From contig OY740781.1 of the NCBI GenBank assembly GCA_963514005.1, positions 178,312,001 to 178,376,000 of the forward strand: 64,000 nt of DNA, written 5' to 3'. The translations under genes and the position numbers were made by a program. Source of the stretch: Raja brachyura (taxonomy: Eukaryota). Shown piece by piece: positions 12,701 through 25,947 of this stretch (position 1 is the stretch's first letter; every line of letters starts with the position of its first letter). The notes below the pieces were generated by a model. That model ran no database searches. It saw only the letters and a list, made by a program, of their open reading frames with translations, and had not been told where the DNA came from.

Positions 12701-15700
12701 GTCCACATCAGATATTTGGTATTTAGCTAAAGAATACCAAAGCTGATCAGAGTTGAGGATCAGCATGTTCCGGCAAGGAGAAGGGAGAAGGATGGCAAAG
12801 TAAGAGAATCTTGGGTGGTAAGAGAGGTTGTCAATGAGTAAAAGGAAACATATGTAAGGTTCAGGAAGATGTAATCAGACAGGGCCTTCGGGGAATATAG
12901 AGCAAGCAGGAAATAACTCAAGCAAGGAATCAGAATGGTTGTTAGGGGTTGTGTTATGGTCTGAGTCTGACTGATGTATTGATTACCACCTTTTTGTGAT
13001 AACGAATCGATGGACCACAGCACATAATTGCCCACAGTCTCCAATAATTAGTCTTTTCATTTTTTCAACCATGTGGATACATTCACATTTGAAAATGCAT
13101 TTACTTACACAATGTGTATATCTCTCATGAGCTGCTCCACGCCTCCACTATTAGGCAATGCAGACATTTTGGATGTGACAGTCATGCATTTACATTGTGA
13201 TTTAACTAGAAGGTGACTTTCCGCATCAGCTGTAAGAAAATAGACGTGGTTATTAGCTTTCTGAATCAGTAGCACTTATTATAAGTGTGGAAGTTACAAT
13301 GTCCAGGTGCAAATTGAATGTATCTGTTCATTGGCTTACGAGTACAGAAAAAACTATAAGTAAAGACAAGATAAGATACCGTTTATTGTCGTTTGAACCT
13401 AAGTTCAAACAAAATTTCGTTTCTGCCGTCATACGAACAAGAAAAAAACCAAGACACAATTAACACAATTTACACAGACATCCATCACAGTGAATCTCCA
13501 AACACCTCTTCACTGTGATGGAAGGCAAAGTCTTGTCTCTCTCCTGTTCTTTATTCTTCTCCCCGATGTTTGTATGTATGAATGTAAAGATAAGATATAG
13601 AAACAAAGAACTGCACGTGTTGGTTTATGCCAAAGATAAGCATTTCTCCAGCATCTCTGGAGAAATAGGATGAAACAACAGTCTGAAGAAGGTGCGCTGG
13701 GGTTGGCACTGGCTGGCAAGAGGAGATGATGGGAAAGGAAAATCAGATGAGCAGAATTCTAGATGATGGTAAACACCATCCCTGAATGCCCAGACCTCAT
13801 CAGCGTAGTTTAATGAGAAATCAGTTTTTGCAACATGTATTACAGATATCAGAACTATCTACTACAGGTGTCACTGTGCAAAATAACATATCTTGATTTA
13901 TTCAGAAAATAATAACTTTATTCAAGTCTTTGTTACAAATGGTAAATTGCTCTATATGACCCATGAGTAAAACCATTTAAAGATTCTCTGAAAGAGAAAA
14001 TGTTTATTAAAATGTTAAGAACAAGGAAAAAGAAGTCGGCCTTACGTACCCTTGTGCCTCTGTTGTTTGTTAAGATCATTGTCGTTCTTTCCCCCCAACA
14101 TTGTTTTCTTGTACCAAGCTCATTATCTTAGTATCTAGAAATCTATTGCTCTCTGTGACTCTCTTCCACAAATTCCTTGGATAGAGAATTCCTAACAGTA
14201 ATTATCTCCAGAGTGATTTTTTTTGTTGTCATCTGAGACCTGAATGGTCAAACCTTATTTAGCCTCCCCAGTCAAGGGAAATAATTCCTCAATCTATCCT
14301 GTCAAGTCTCATAAAGATTTCATATGTATCAATGAGATGACCTGTTATTCTCATTAATCTAAGAGATTGATGTAAGAGAGCCTGGTCCCAATCTGTTTCA
14401 TCAAACCTCGTACAACACAACCTCTCTCGTTAGAATCAGCCTGGTGAACCTTTGTTGCATTTTCTGTATGGCGAATCTACCCTTCCCAAATTAGGCAGGT
14501 ATGTACAGCCTCAGGAAGCCTAGATAATTGTTTTAAGCCATTTGTATTTTTGTACTCAAATCCTCTTGCAATAAAAGCCAACATAGCTCATTACATGTTG
14601 TGCCTCCATGCTATCTTTCAATAATTCATGTAAATGGATACTCAGATTCCTCTAACAATTACATCATTCAATCTTTAATTACTTAAAAAGACTCTGGCTT
14701 TCAATTTTTTCTACCAAAGTGTACAAATGTACATGTTGCCACAATCAGTTCTTGCCTGTTTTCCTGAAGCCTCTGCATCCGCATCACAACCAACATTGGT
14801 ATCTAGCAATGTAGCAAGTACGAATGTGGAGATTTTACATGATATCCAAATGGACATAGAATGTGAACAGTAGTTGCTCAGTCACTCTCTTTCACAGATC
14901 TCTGTAACTTCTGGCAGATGAGTGCTGGCCTTCCCAGTGACACCAACATGCCATAAACATTCATCACAAACAAGGGGACCGGAACATTATCTAAGCTGAC
15001 GGATTTGTGGTTATCTGGTTTACCTCACCTAAAATAATGTGGTGATAGCAGAGCTCTGAAAAATTATATCAATTATTTTATAATACTTAATTCTTTTAAA
15101 AATCCTATACCAAAAATCATCATGCCTTGAAGATTTATTTACAAAAAATCCATTATGTTTTTCCTTTACCTTTTAACATTTACATTTATTATATTTTTCC
15201 TTGATTTGCGTTTTGTTTTGTGTTGTTGATATTTTATTTGGATATAATTATATTTGGATATATTTTATCTGGATATAAAATATTAAATTCAAATGTGCTC
15301 CGTTCACTTAGTGTTCAATACAATCTCACTGGTATCTTTAACATATAGATTTTCCCTCTTATTGTTATTTTTCTAAATGCATTTATATTAAAAATTAGAT
15401 TTTTGGTTTTAACTTTGATGATGCTTGCAATTATTTTTCATGTTCTTGTATGTACTCCTGATGTAGCTCTGAGCAAAGATGTGGTTATCTTATTCAAAAT
15501 TAGTATTATAATGGCTGGCATTAGAAACGTAAATGTCTCTTTTTTGGCAGAGAGTATGCGTTTGGCACCGGGCTCAACTCGCATAGGGTTGAGGTAGAGG
15601 GTGGTTATATCAGTAGTCAAGTAATAAATGCAAGAACATGAAAAAAAATTGAAAGTATGATCAAAGTTAACAAATTTATATACATTAGTTCGTTTGAATT

Positions 15701-17009
15701 AAATCATGAAATAATGTATTTTGGAGTCTTTGAAATATAGTAGAGTTTTTGGAAACATAACAGTTTTTAAATTTGCTTTATGTGTGATTTTAAAATTTGT
15801 AATCATTTGTGAATCTGACAATTTATTTATACATTTATATGCTACAATTGCGTTTTACTATTCTGTCAGAATTTTAAATCTTTTCATTAATTTTTTTAGT
15901 TTTTTTCTGTTCTATTTATCTCAAAAAGTCTTAATTAATTGTCAAGGAGGCCCAATATAGCAGTGACCTATCAGCTTGGGTATGGGTATCAATATGGAAT
16001 GCTTTAGGACCTGTTATGACACTTTGCTTAAATAACTAAATGGAGATAAAGAATCCTAGCCCCTCAATTGATGAGGTGGTAACATTCCCTTTCTTTTGGT
16101 TAATGTGTTATGGATTGACACTGGAACTACCGGTAATCTGTAGTTAATTTATGGTGAGTAGAAACTAAAACCTCTGCAGCAGAAACTCATTTCAAATGGT
16201 TGCTCAAGTTTGGGAGGAATTACATAATGAGTAACTTTTATTTTAAATAGTCAAGATATGCCATGAAATGCACATTCATGGCCACAGGGAATACACAGCA
16301 AGAACAATGTTATCATTCATAAATCAATGGGACCGCTGCATGCTGAGGTGATCATATTCATCTGCAAAGAGACTGCATGAGCAGACGATGTTTAAAGATA
16401 TAGCATGGAAACAGGCCCTTCAGCCTTCCATGCTGACTATCAATATATTGACTATCACATGTTCTATGTTATCCCACTTTCTCATCCACTCTCTACACAT
16501 CAGGGACAAGTTACAGAGGCAAATTAACCTACAAACCCGCACGTCTTTGGAATGTGGGGGAAAACCAGAACACCGAGTGGAAATCCGAGCAATCACAGAA
16601 AGAACATGCAAACACCACACAGACAGCACCCAAGGTCAGGATCGAACCCGGGTCTCTGGTATTGTGAGGCAGCAGCTCTACCAGCTGCACCACTGTGCCA
16701 CTCTGAAGTACTGTCCACAAATCAATTTACAACCAGTCTAATCGATGATTTCTGCACATGCTTGTACCAATGTCTCCACAATCAATCAACTCATTGTTGT
16801 TGTTTCTCGTTATTTAGGAAGAAAATGTCTTCATTATTATTTTGTTTTTGTACTTTTGAGGTTTCTATTGCTAAGAAAACATGAAACATTTACTCATCAC
16901 ATTATCACATTGCACAATGAAAAATGTAATCATTAAACGCCACACCTGCTGCAAGAATTGTGAAAAGCAGAATTGCTGCAAAAGGCTTCAGCATTTGTTT
17001 GTTCTTCAT
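9653..17009 (-). CDS. JCHAIN: Immunoglobulin J chain gene, 4 coding exons, 120 aa, C-terminally short
   Basis: Spliced product MKNKQMLKPFAAILLFTILAA-ADAESHLLVKSQCKCMTVTSKMSALPNSGGVEQLMRDIHIV-VPTRSRENISDPTSPIRNKFVYKISDF-CKNCNQKPILPGEPQCKPPPPPADTCYGRDI*. GT/AG introns with phases 1,2,2. Hallmark CKC and RENISDPTSP motifs. Confidence 0.95.
9886..10797 (-). mobile_element. CR1 LINE 3' part in JCHAIN intron 3
   Basis: ORFs 10456-10779 and 9974-10357 are CR1 RT; (ATATGGTT)n tail; same subfamily as 46205-47447. Confidence 0.92.
11596..11676 (-). CDS. JCHAIN: JCHAIN exon 3 (81 nt)
   Basis: ttattgcag| VPTRSRENISDPTSPIRNKFVYKISDF |gtatga; conserved NIS glycosylation site. Confidence 0.97.
11776..12960 (+). 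mobile_element. Old CR1 endonuclease-region fragment with a younger CR1 3' piece nested at about 12040-12548 (JCHAIN intron 2)
   Basis: Decayed VVI..F.FPNIDW..LLDL motifs flank a CR1 3' end with (TTTCTATG)n. Confidence 0.8.
13109..13229 (-). CDS. JCHAIN: JCHAIN exon 2 (121 nt)
   Basis: ttttcttacag| .. LLVKSQCKCMTVTSKM..RDIHIV |gtaagt; compare human IVLVDNKCKCARITSR..RNIRII. Confidence 0.95.
14010..14890 (-). mobile_element. Ancient CR1 fragment (JCHAIN intron 1)
   Basis: Highly diverged match to the CR1 RT 3' region seen elsewhere in the window. Confidence 0.6.
16395..16700 (-). mobile_element. tRNA-derived SINE (V-SINE/HE1-like)
   Basis: Reverse GGCACAGTGGTGCAGC A box, GGGTTCGATCC B box, TTCCAAAGACGTGC core. 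Confidence 0.85.
16946..17009 (-). CDS. JCHAIN: JCHAIN exon 1 (signal peptide, 64 nt, phase 1)
   Basis: ATG AAG AAC.. hydrophobic core, ends GCA G|GTGTGG. The donor is weak but size and phase fit. Confidence 0.8.
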
Positions 17010-18068
17010 AACTGGAGCTTCACCTTCTAGGATCTTCCTTTTGTCTTGTGGCTCTCCACTTAGTCTCATCAGAGTGCTCAAACAAAATGAAAGACCAAAG
17101 TGTTTTGCCTGTTTTTTGAATTTGTGTCTTTAATTAGCTTCATATTATTTTCGGTTCCATTTTAAGACGTAGCTTCAGACAGAAACCAGATGCTGGATCT
17201 ACTGCCTTTGATTGGGGAGTTTCAAAAATCAAAAACGCAACTGAAATTAATTCAACCACAACTGGATAGCTTGCAATGATTTTGCTTAGTAAAAATAAAT
17301 CCAGTTTTGGCTCTAAACAGTGCAAGAAACAGTAGAGACCCACAGATGAAGTGAGATGTAAAGCATGGTGACAGTAATATGGGCTGAAAAAACAAACAAG
17401 TTTAAAAAACCACGTATTAATAAGGACAAACTAAAGTGTTTAACAGGTATATTGAGCGGGTGGCTGAAGAAATATGGAGCACTCCAAAGACAGATGCAAG
17501 GGACATTTTAAATGCAAATCAGAAAACCGCAGAATAGTTAAAAATATTGCTTGAATCCTCACAATAGGGATATGAGAAAACTAAAAATAAATCTATTGAA
17601 GATATTTACTGGGTTTTTAAGAAATAAAAGAAAAGTAATGGTAAAAATAATAGCTTAGAAATGAATTTATAACAATATTTTTCAGTGTTAAATCAATATT
17701 AGCGATCTCTGTGAAACGGCTTTGAACATTTCTGACAGGAGTGCGTTTATTGGTGCCTGCGTGAAAACTAGGGGATGATTTCCCTTATGAAATGCTGCTG
17801 TGCTTCTTCATGCAGACAAGGCGTTATTACCCAAACCTCGTGCTTCTGCCATATATCCTCACACCTCTGACTTCCTTTAAAGAGTCACGCCACGATGCAA
17901 GGAGAAATTCTCCAGCCAGCGGGGAATGTTCACAAGGAAAGATTGAATTCTCTGCTTCTGGGTTGGGAGGGAAGGGGTTGATATATCCTGGGGGCAGAGA
18001 AACCTACACTTTCTGGAGTAGAATAGTGTGTGGAGGAGGCATCTTCCTAGTCCAAGGACATTGCTTTT

Positions 18069-18383
18069 AGGGCGGCACGGTGGCGCAGCGGTGGAGAGAC
18101 TGCGTTCTAGTGCCAGAGACCCGGGTTCGATCCTGACTACGGGTGCTGTCTGTATGGAGTTTGTGTGTTCTCTCTGTGATCATGTGGGTTTTCTCCGGGT
18201 GCTCCAGTTTCCTCCCACACTCCAAAGATGTACAGGTTTGTAGGTTAATTGGCTTTGGTAAAAATTGTAATTTGTCCCTAGTGTGTAGGATGGTGCTAGT
18301 GTCCAGGGTTCGCTGGTCGGCGTGGACTCAGTGGGCCGAAACGCCTGCTTCCACGCTGCATCTCTAAAACTAAAACTAAAAAC
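18069..18383 (+). mobile_element. tRNA-derived SINE (V-SINE/HE1-like)
   Basis: GGCGGCACGGTGGCGCAGCGG, GGGTTCGATCC, CTCCAAAGA core, (CTAAAA)n tail. Confidence 0.9.
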
Positions 18384-18894
18384 CATGATGGTATGGTTTC
18401 AGTGAGATCACAAATGCCTTCTCTGAGCGTTGTGAAATGCTGCAAATGCAGATTCCCCTCTGAATGATAAAGTCACACCAACCAAAAAGTCAAAAATTCC
18501 CCACCATCAAATTTGTTTATTTTTATCTTTATTATGCCGCAGTGATTTATAATCGTTACCAGTAGAGACCAGCTGCAGAATTGTGAGGCTGCATTTCAGC
18601 GAGCTGGTGACCTTCATTTTGACCAAAGGCAACAGATACACTTGCGTGAGGTAGATCTTGGCGACTTCAGAGATCACCCTTGTATGTGTGGACTTGCCTG
18701 GTGTGAGGATATCCTGCGTGATAGGTTGATAAAAGAAGACCTTCAAAACCAGGGATGGATAATGTGTTGGAATACCCATGCTTTTCTCAAATAGTTTCTC
18801 ATTGCTCATTTCTCAGCTGATGAACATGAAACTACTCGTGTGTTTGCATAAATTATCGGTGTTTCTGAACTAGCTCATGAAATTATCGGTGTTT

Positions 18895-20100
18895 CAGCAC
18901 TACCCCTCCCACTTCGACAACAGAGACACCTTCGTGAAAATGCTGTTCATCGACTTTAGCTCAGCATTTAACACCATTTTCCCCTCCAAATTGATCACTA
19001 AGCTCATCGACCTGGGCATTGACCCCTCCCTCTGCAACTGGATACTGGACTTTCTAACCACCAAACCCCAGTCTGTTAGGTTAGACAACCACACTTCTTC
19101 AACCCTCACCCTGAACACCGGCGTTCCACAGGGCTGTGTGCTGAGCCCTCTCCTCTACTCCCTCTTTACCTATGACTGCGCACCTGCACATGGTACTAAC
19201 ACCATCATCAAGTATGCAGATGATACAACGGTGATTGCCCTCATCAGCGACAATGATGAGTCGGCCTAAAGGGAGGAGGTCCAGCTCCTAGCAGCATGAT
19301 GCGCTGACAACAACCTGGCCCTTAACACCAAGAAGACCAAGGAGCTCATTGTGGACTACAGAAGGTCTAGGGGTGGCACGCACACCCCCATCCATATTAA
19401 TGGTTAAGGAGGTGGAACGTGTTTCCAGCTTCTGGTTTCTGGGGGTCAACATCTCTGATGTCCTCTCTTGGACCCACAATACCTCAACACTGGTCAAGAA
19501 GGCTCACCAGCGTCTCTTCTTCCTGAGGAGACTAAAGAAGGTCCATCTGTCTCCTCAGATTCTGGTGAACTTCTACCGCTGCGCCATCGAGAGCATCCTT
19601 ACCAACTGCATCACAGTATGGTATGGCAACTGCTCTGTCTCCGACCGGAAAGCACTGCAGAGGGTGGTGAAAACTGCCCAACGCATCACCGGTTCCTCAC
19701 TCCCCTCCATTGAGTCTATCCAGAGCAAGCGATGTCTGCGAAGGGCACGCAGCATCGTCAAGGACTGGTCTCGCCCCAACCACAGACTGTTTACCCTCCC
19801 CCCATCTGGGAGACGCTACAGGTCCCTCCGTTCCCAGACCAGCAGGTTCAGGAGAAGCTTCTTCCCTGCGGTTGTTACAATACTTAACTTTGCACCTCAG
19901 TGATTGCCAATCACCCCCCCCCCCCCCCCCCCCCCCCCGAAAAGTGCACTACTGCTGTTGTATATACATATATATATTACTGTTCCATTAATCTGTGTTC
20001 GCACTCCTGGGTGAGATGCTAACTGCATTTCGTTGTCTCTGTACTTGTACACTGCACAATGGCAATAAAGTTTGAATCTTTGAATCTGAATCTGAATCTG
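18895..20100 (+). mobile_element. Rex1/Babar LINE, 5'-truncated
   Basis: [36 protein letters not shown]; (TGAATC)n tail. Confidence 0.93.
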
Positions 20101-21490
20101 AAGCTGATATTGTTCCCAGGATCATAGAATGGGTTGATGTATGTTTGTGCATAACTGTATAGCACTGCCCCAAAGAATACAGAGGGATTGTGTTTGTGCA
20201 TTTATATAATGCTGCTTTAGAGCCTTCAGTATCAGAAAAAAATAGTGCTGTTGAGAGTGAAGGGTGCCAGTTGTTATTTAGACCAATGAAGATGAACATT
20301 TCACTAGAGATGAATGTTGGCCTTTGAACTACGATTGATTTCATTGATAGTTATTGGAATACATCGCTTTATAATAATGAAATAATCATGCCATGACAAC
20401 TCCCCTCCCCCCCTCTTTGTTCACCTTTATAATTTCACAGCATAGTTATTTCTCATTATAAATTCTGATAGCTATTTATTCAATCCTGCAAACAGGCGAG
20501 GTTATGTAGAATTCCCCAGACGATGAGCTTACACACAAGTTCTGTTCTGCAAGGCTTGGATGAGGACTTTGATAATCTATGCACATTAAGATGCTTCGAG
20601 CATTGTCCTAACATTGTCCTAAAACTGCATTTAACATTAAGGGATACGAGGAGTTCTGCTCCAAACCATTTACATGCCTTTGTGCAGAGCCTTATGTCTA
20701 TCCCCTCCAGCATGGAAGTGGCAGCCACTTGGAGCCAACCATGCTGTAGTGTTGGGTGCCAGAGATCTCTGCACAAGTAGAGGGCACTAAAACGTTGAAC
20801 GGTATAGTTGGATTTCAGACTTCTACTGTGCAGTTTCAGATCAAGGCTTTATGACTCTAGATTCATAAAGGTGCCAGGGCATGTGAACAATCTGTCCTCT
20901 ATCAGATTACTAGATTGTTAAAAATGTTTGCCAGAGGAAGAGGCAATAAACATGTGCTGCACAAATCAGCTGCCCTGTCACACAGAAACTGGGACGGTGA
21001 TTTTACCATTGTCACCACGCCATTGTGTTTAATGTTGCTTGTCAGCGAGGAGCTATTATGATAACATGATGTTATGATAAGTACAGTGAGGAGCTGGGCC
21101 ATCTACAGTGCAGATGCAGAACTGCTCAAGGCAATCAATCTTTCATGGTGCACAGCCTCGTCCATAGCCAGTGAGCCAACATCCACAGCTGCAGCCTTTA
21201 GCAGAATGCAACACAGGAACATTAAGGTGGATGAAGGGATGTGTCAGACAAGACAAGCATGAAAGCAAGAAGTGCTGGATATACTCAACTGGTCATGCAG
21301 CACTCTTGGAGAGAGGAACAGAGCCAATGTCTCAGGTCCCTCTCTACAGATTCTGCTTCCAAAAGGGATTGGAATGATAGATAAGTTAGGTCCTGTATGC
21401 ATCAATGTGGTCAATTGATGTTTTGTTGATCAAAGGCAGACTGAAGGTGAGATAGGAAGCATGGAATTATTAGTTTTTTGTCTAGTATGG

Positions 21491-21640
21491 GGGGGGGGGG
21501 GGTGTGGAAGATTGCAACCTTCATGTGGTCCGCCCTGTTTCGATGAATGCAATCAACCTGGTGTGCACAATCAAATAAGATCAAATAGAACAAGTTGTCC
21601 TACAACTTTAGGCTGTGCATGCCACATGCAAGAAGAAAAA
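21491..21640 (+). mobile_element. Short retroposon 3' end with (AAG)n tail
   Basis: 11-bp TSD gtctagtatgg (21480-21490 / 21641-21651); second copy at 55253-55396. Confidence 0.75.
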
Positions 21641-21854
21641 GTCTAGTATGGCACGTTGGCCTTGCTAGTGTATCAGCATTTCCCAATGACTTGTGAGTGG
21701 GACAATGCTGTTGTTTACTTGATCTACTGCAGTACCTGTGCTTAAAGTACCCTAACGTGCTGCAAGATAGGAGTTGCATGATCTAGATCCATTCTAGTTT
21801 ATGGCTTGAAGACTAACCTGTTGGTATCAGTGTACTCATTACTGCCTAGTCTTA

Positions 21855-22520
21855 GTTTAGTTTAGTTTAAGTTAGTTTAGTTTAGTTTAGTTTAATTTAT
21901 TGTCACATAAACTGAAGTATAGCAAAAAGCTTTTGTTGCGTGCTAACCAGTCAGTGGAAAGGTAATACATGATTACAATCAAGCCATTCACAATGTACAG
22001 ATATATGATAAAGGAAATAATGTGAATAATGTTTAGTGCAAGATGAAGCCAGTAAAGTCCGATCAAAGATATTCTCCAATGAGGTAGATAGTGGTTCAGA
22101 ACTGCTCTCCATGTGTGGTAAGATGGTTCAGTTGCCTGATAACAGCTGGGAAGAAACAATCCCTGAATCTGGAGGTGTGCGTTGTACACTTCTATACCTT
22201 TTGCCCGATGGGAGAGGGGAGAAGAGGGAGTGGACAGGGTGGGACTCATCCTTGATTATGCTGCTGGCCGAGGCAGCGTGAGGTATAAATGGAGTCAATG
22301 GAAGGGAGATTGGTTTCTGTGATGGTCTGGGCTGCGTCCACAATTCTCTGCAATTTCTTGCGGTCTAGGATGGAGCTGTTCCCAAACCAAACCATGCTGT
22401 GATGCATCCTGATAAAATGTGTTCTATGGTGCATCTGTACACGTTGGTGAGGTTTGTTGGCAACATGCCAAACTTCCCAAACCTTCTAAGGAAGTAGAGG
22501 CGTTGATATGCTTTCTTGGC
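21855..22520 (-). mobile_element. Rex1-related LINE 3' fragment
   Basis: WFGNSSILDRKKLQRIVDAAQTIT..LPSIDSIY; (CTAAA)n tail. Confidence 0.8.
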
Positions 22521-25500
22521 CAGGAGATAGAAACTGTCAGGGCAAGTTGTTGATGTGCATTTTGCAGGTGTTATATAATTTAACCCCTTTGTGGGGTCAA
22601 GGAAAGAGCGTTCACGTCACGGCCCTGTTTTCACCAATCTTTCCACCACCATGCACAAGAAGTACAAGAAGCGCAAGACAGACACCATTGTGTGCAGATG
22701 CCGAGAAGTGTGTTCAGCTCTGGCTGAACAACATCTAATCTTGTGTGTGGACTCAATAAGAAGAAGACGCCCCTTTGTGAGTGTTATAGCAGGGGGCAAC
22801 CTTTAGGTGGATGAATGGGGTGCATTTAATCTGGCTTTAGTCAGTGATGCCAATGTTCTTGTGTTGTTGAAGCTGATGGCGTGCTAACAAACGGAAAGTA
22901 ACGCATGAATCCCTGACTTATATAACGTAGATGGTGGAAGGCAGGGCAAGTTAGTTTCAATCAGTGTCACAGAATACACAGCCTTTGACTGACCATTGTA
23001 ATTCCAATAATTATATAGATGTCTTGTTTCAGTTTCAGACCAACGGTGACTCCTACAATGTTGCTTTCATGACTTCATGAAAGTTAATACCGTTGAATGT
23101 CAAGGAAAGTTAGATACATTATTTCTTGTAAGAAACGAGTATTGTCTCCAACGAGGACTTGATGTGACAGTAAGCACATGTATGTACCTCTAAAAAGTTT
23201 TTAAAAATATTTTTCAATTTTTTAATATTACAAAATGATGACTAAATTGAAAAAGTAAAATGTATGAATTAAAGTAGATGGTCACACCCACAAGCAGCTT
23301 AAGCAGCTTATAGTATGATGATCTGCCATAGACAACAACAGCAAGGACCAATAGTAACATAGAAACAGAAATATAGGTGCAGGAGTAGGCCATTTGGCCC
23401 TTCTAGCCAGCACCACCATTCAATATGATCATGACTAATCATCTAAAATCAGTACTCCATTCCTGCTTTTTCCCCATATATCTTGATTCCTTTAGCCCTA
23501 AGATTACATCTAACCCAATACGTGTACCTGCATCTTTTAGTCTACAAACAAAGCACTGTCTCAAATTTGGGCAAAACACAAAGTGCTGGAGGAACTCAGA
23601 AGGTCAGGCAGCATTTGTGGAGGGAATGGAAAGATGGTGTTTGGGTCGGGACCCTTCTTTAGTCTGAGCTTCTCCAGCACTTTGTGTTTTGCTCCAGATT
23701 CCATTATCTGCAGTTTCTTGTGTCTCCACTGTTTCAAACTTGTGGGGGCATATTTCACTTGTCACATAAGTCCAGTACTGAATGATGTCTGTATTTTGAG
23801 GCCTCATTGTCTTCATGTTTGCAATTCAATTCCATTCAAGCATTTTCTCATTTAAAACAAGACAGGAACATGTCAATATACAAACCAAGTAGGAGCAAGA
23901 GTGGGCTACCTGGCACTTTCAGCCTGTTCTGCCATTCAAAAACATTGCAACCTCAATCTGAATTCCTGCCTACCCAGCTAATCTTTCACCCCTTGCTCAT
24001 CAAAATTGTTTCTACCTCTGAATTAAAATATTCAAGGTTGCTGTTTCTACTTCCCTTTCAGGAAGACATTGGAAAAACACTTTGTCCGTGATAGAGAAAA
24101 AGTGCCTCAAGCTGCCTCAACCATGTCTTAAATCAGTGACTCCTTATTTTTAAACAATGTCCCTTAATTAAAGATTCTCATAAAACATGAAACGTCCTTT
24201 CACATCCACCATTTAAAGCCACCTTGGGATGTTATCAGTATGTTCATGCCATTCCAACAAAAAAATGGGGCTCCCGATATCATCTTCTTCCATCCCCTCC
24301 TTCCCTTCCTTCTTCTCATCTCCTACTGTTCCTGCGCCTCCTCTTCCTCCTCTTTCTACCTTATAGCATATTGGTCGGTGTGGGCGAGTGGGGCCGAAGA
24401 GCATCTTTCCACGCTGTATGACTCTATGACTCTATAACTATAACCACCTCCCAGATGTTGGCAAATGCTGACTCTATAATTGATAGGTTAAAGAAGGGTT
24501 CTGATCCGAAATGTCACCTATCCATGTTCTCCGGAGATGCTGCCTGACCAACTGAGTTAATCCTGTATTTTGTGTTTTTAATTATAAAGTGGGATATCTA
24601 CCACATGCTGTGCTGCAAGTTCCAGAGTGCGTGGTCTGGTGTGGGAAGTCAGTTAAAACAACTGATTCTGCGAGACCACAAAGTACCTTCCAACTAACTC
24701 TAGACTTGGAAACCTGCTGTACATTGGGGTGCGCAGAATGTGAGAGTGAGATGATGACTTTAATGTTAACATTAATGGCCATGCAAGGGCCGGTCGTGTG
24801 ACTTTCCTTGTGCAGATAAGACCACTGCAAAGAAGGATTAGTCAGATGGTGTGTAGGTTCTATGAAACTCAGTAGCATCAGTAAGGGTTTGCATGTAACA
24901 TGGTGTGTAGCAGCTGAACGTTAATTCAGATGATCTTGTCCGTTAGAATTGTGAATATGCTATAAAATTATATCTCTAAAGTTTTGAGATGAACTTTAAT
25001 ATCTAACTCAGATCAACAAACCTTGCACAATAGGTGAGGGATTTGGAAAAGGGTAGGGATAGTTTTAAGTTACAGTAGACAATGCCTTTATTCAAAAGGT
25101 TAGTTTTGAATGGACAAAGTTTTCAGTCATTTGTTGATGAGTTATTTTGTGCCTCGATAACTCAGAATTTATGCTATTTCTCGTAGGGAAGTGAACTACC
25201 CGCACATCTGTTTTCTGCTTTGTAGATTTATACTGCTCCTCCCTATATTTGTTTAAATATTGTAAGATGTCACCCTATGTCCTTTCATTCAAGATACATT
25301 TATTTGTCCCATGTACCAATTGGTACAGTGAAATGTGTGAAATAAGTTCATTCTGACTTATGGCAGGTGTGAAGGTTTTACCATAATAACTGTATGTCTA
25401 AATGTAATCTAGAATAAGATTTCCAGTGGTTACAAACAGGAAATAACCGTTCTTTAAACCTATACACCTGTCATTTTGCATATCCTGATAGAATTAATTG

Positions 25501-25947
25501 CTGACTAATATAATGAAGACATTCCATGTGAGAATCTTGCTACAGGACTTTTAGGCAGATTTTTATCATTTTTCTTGCCTCAAAAGCAAAACAATTAGTT
25601 TCCAAATTTAAGGAAAATGGCAGAAATATTCTAATAATAGCTTGAGTCTGTAATAGAGAAAAGTGCGCCAAAGTATTTCGTAAGAGCACAGTCAGATTAC
25701 AACAATGATAAGATAAACCTTAGGAAGGGTCATAGAAAAGTTAGCTGAACAGATGAATCTTAAGGAAAAATTAAAAGGAGGCGAGATGGAGGAAGTTATA
25801 GAGAAAAATTCAGAGTGTGTGACGGACAAAATTGGCAAAGATAAACTATTGCTGTGAAATACAATGAGGGAACATAGAAAAGTACAACGCTGGAACAGGC
25901 CCACAATGTCTACGCCAAACCGGATGCCAAATTAAACCAATCTCCTC

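Noticed and set aside
18069-18140. tRNA gene
   Set aside because: The A and B boxes belong to a SINE head followed by a SINE core and tail; there is no full cloverleaf.
18507-18809. 100-aa ORF upstream of JCHAIN
   Set aside because: No recognisable motif or splice signals in any frame I read.
22591-22806. Plus-strand ORF containing CRC and CVD, superficially chemokine-like
   Set aside because: No signal peptide, wrong cysteine spacing, no splice structure, opposite strand.
25400-25500. ETS, E-box and near-octamer cluster as a distal JCHAIN enhancer
   Set aside because: Motifs are short and imperfect; nothing in the sequence alone separates them from chance.
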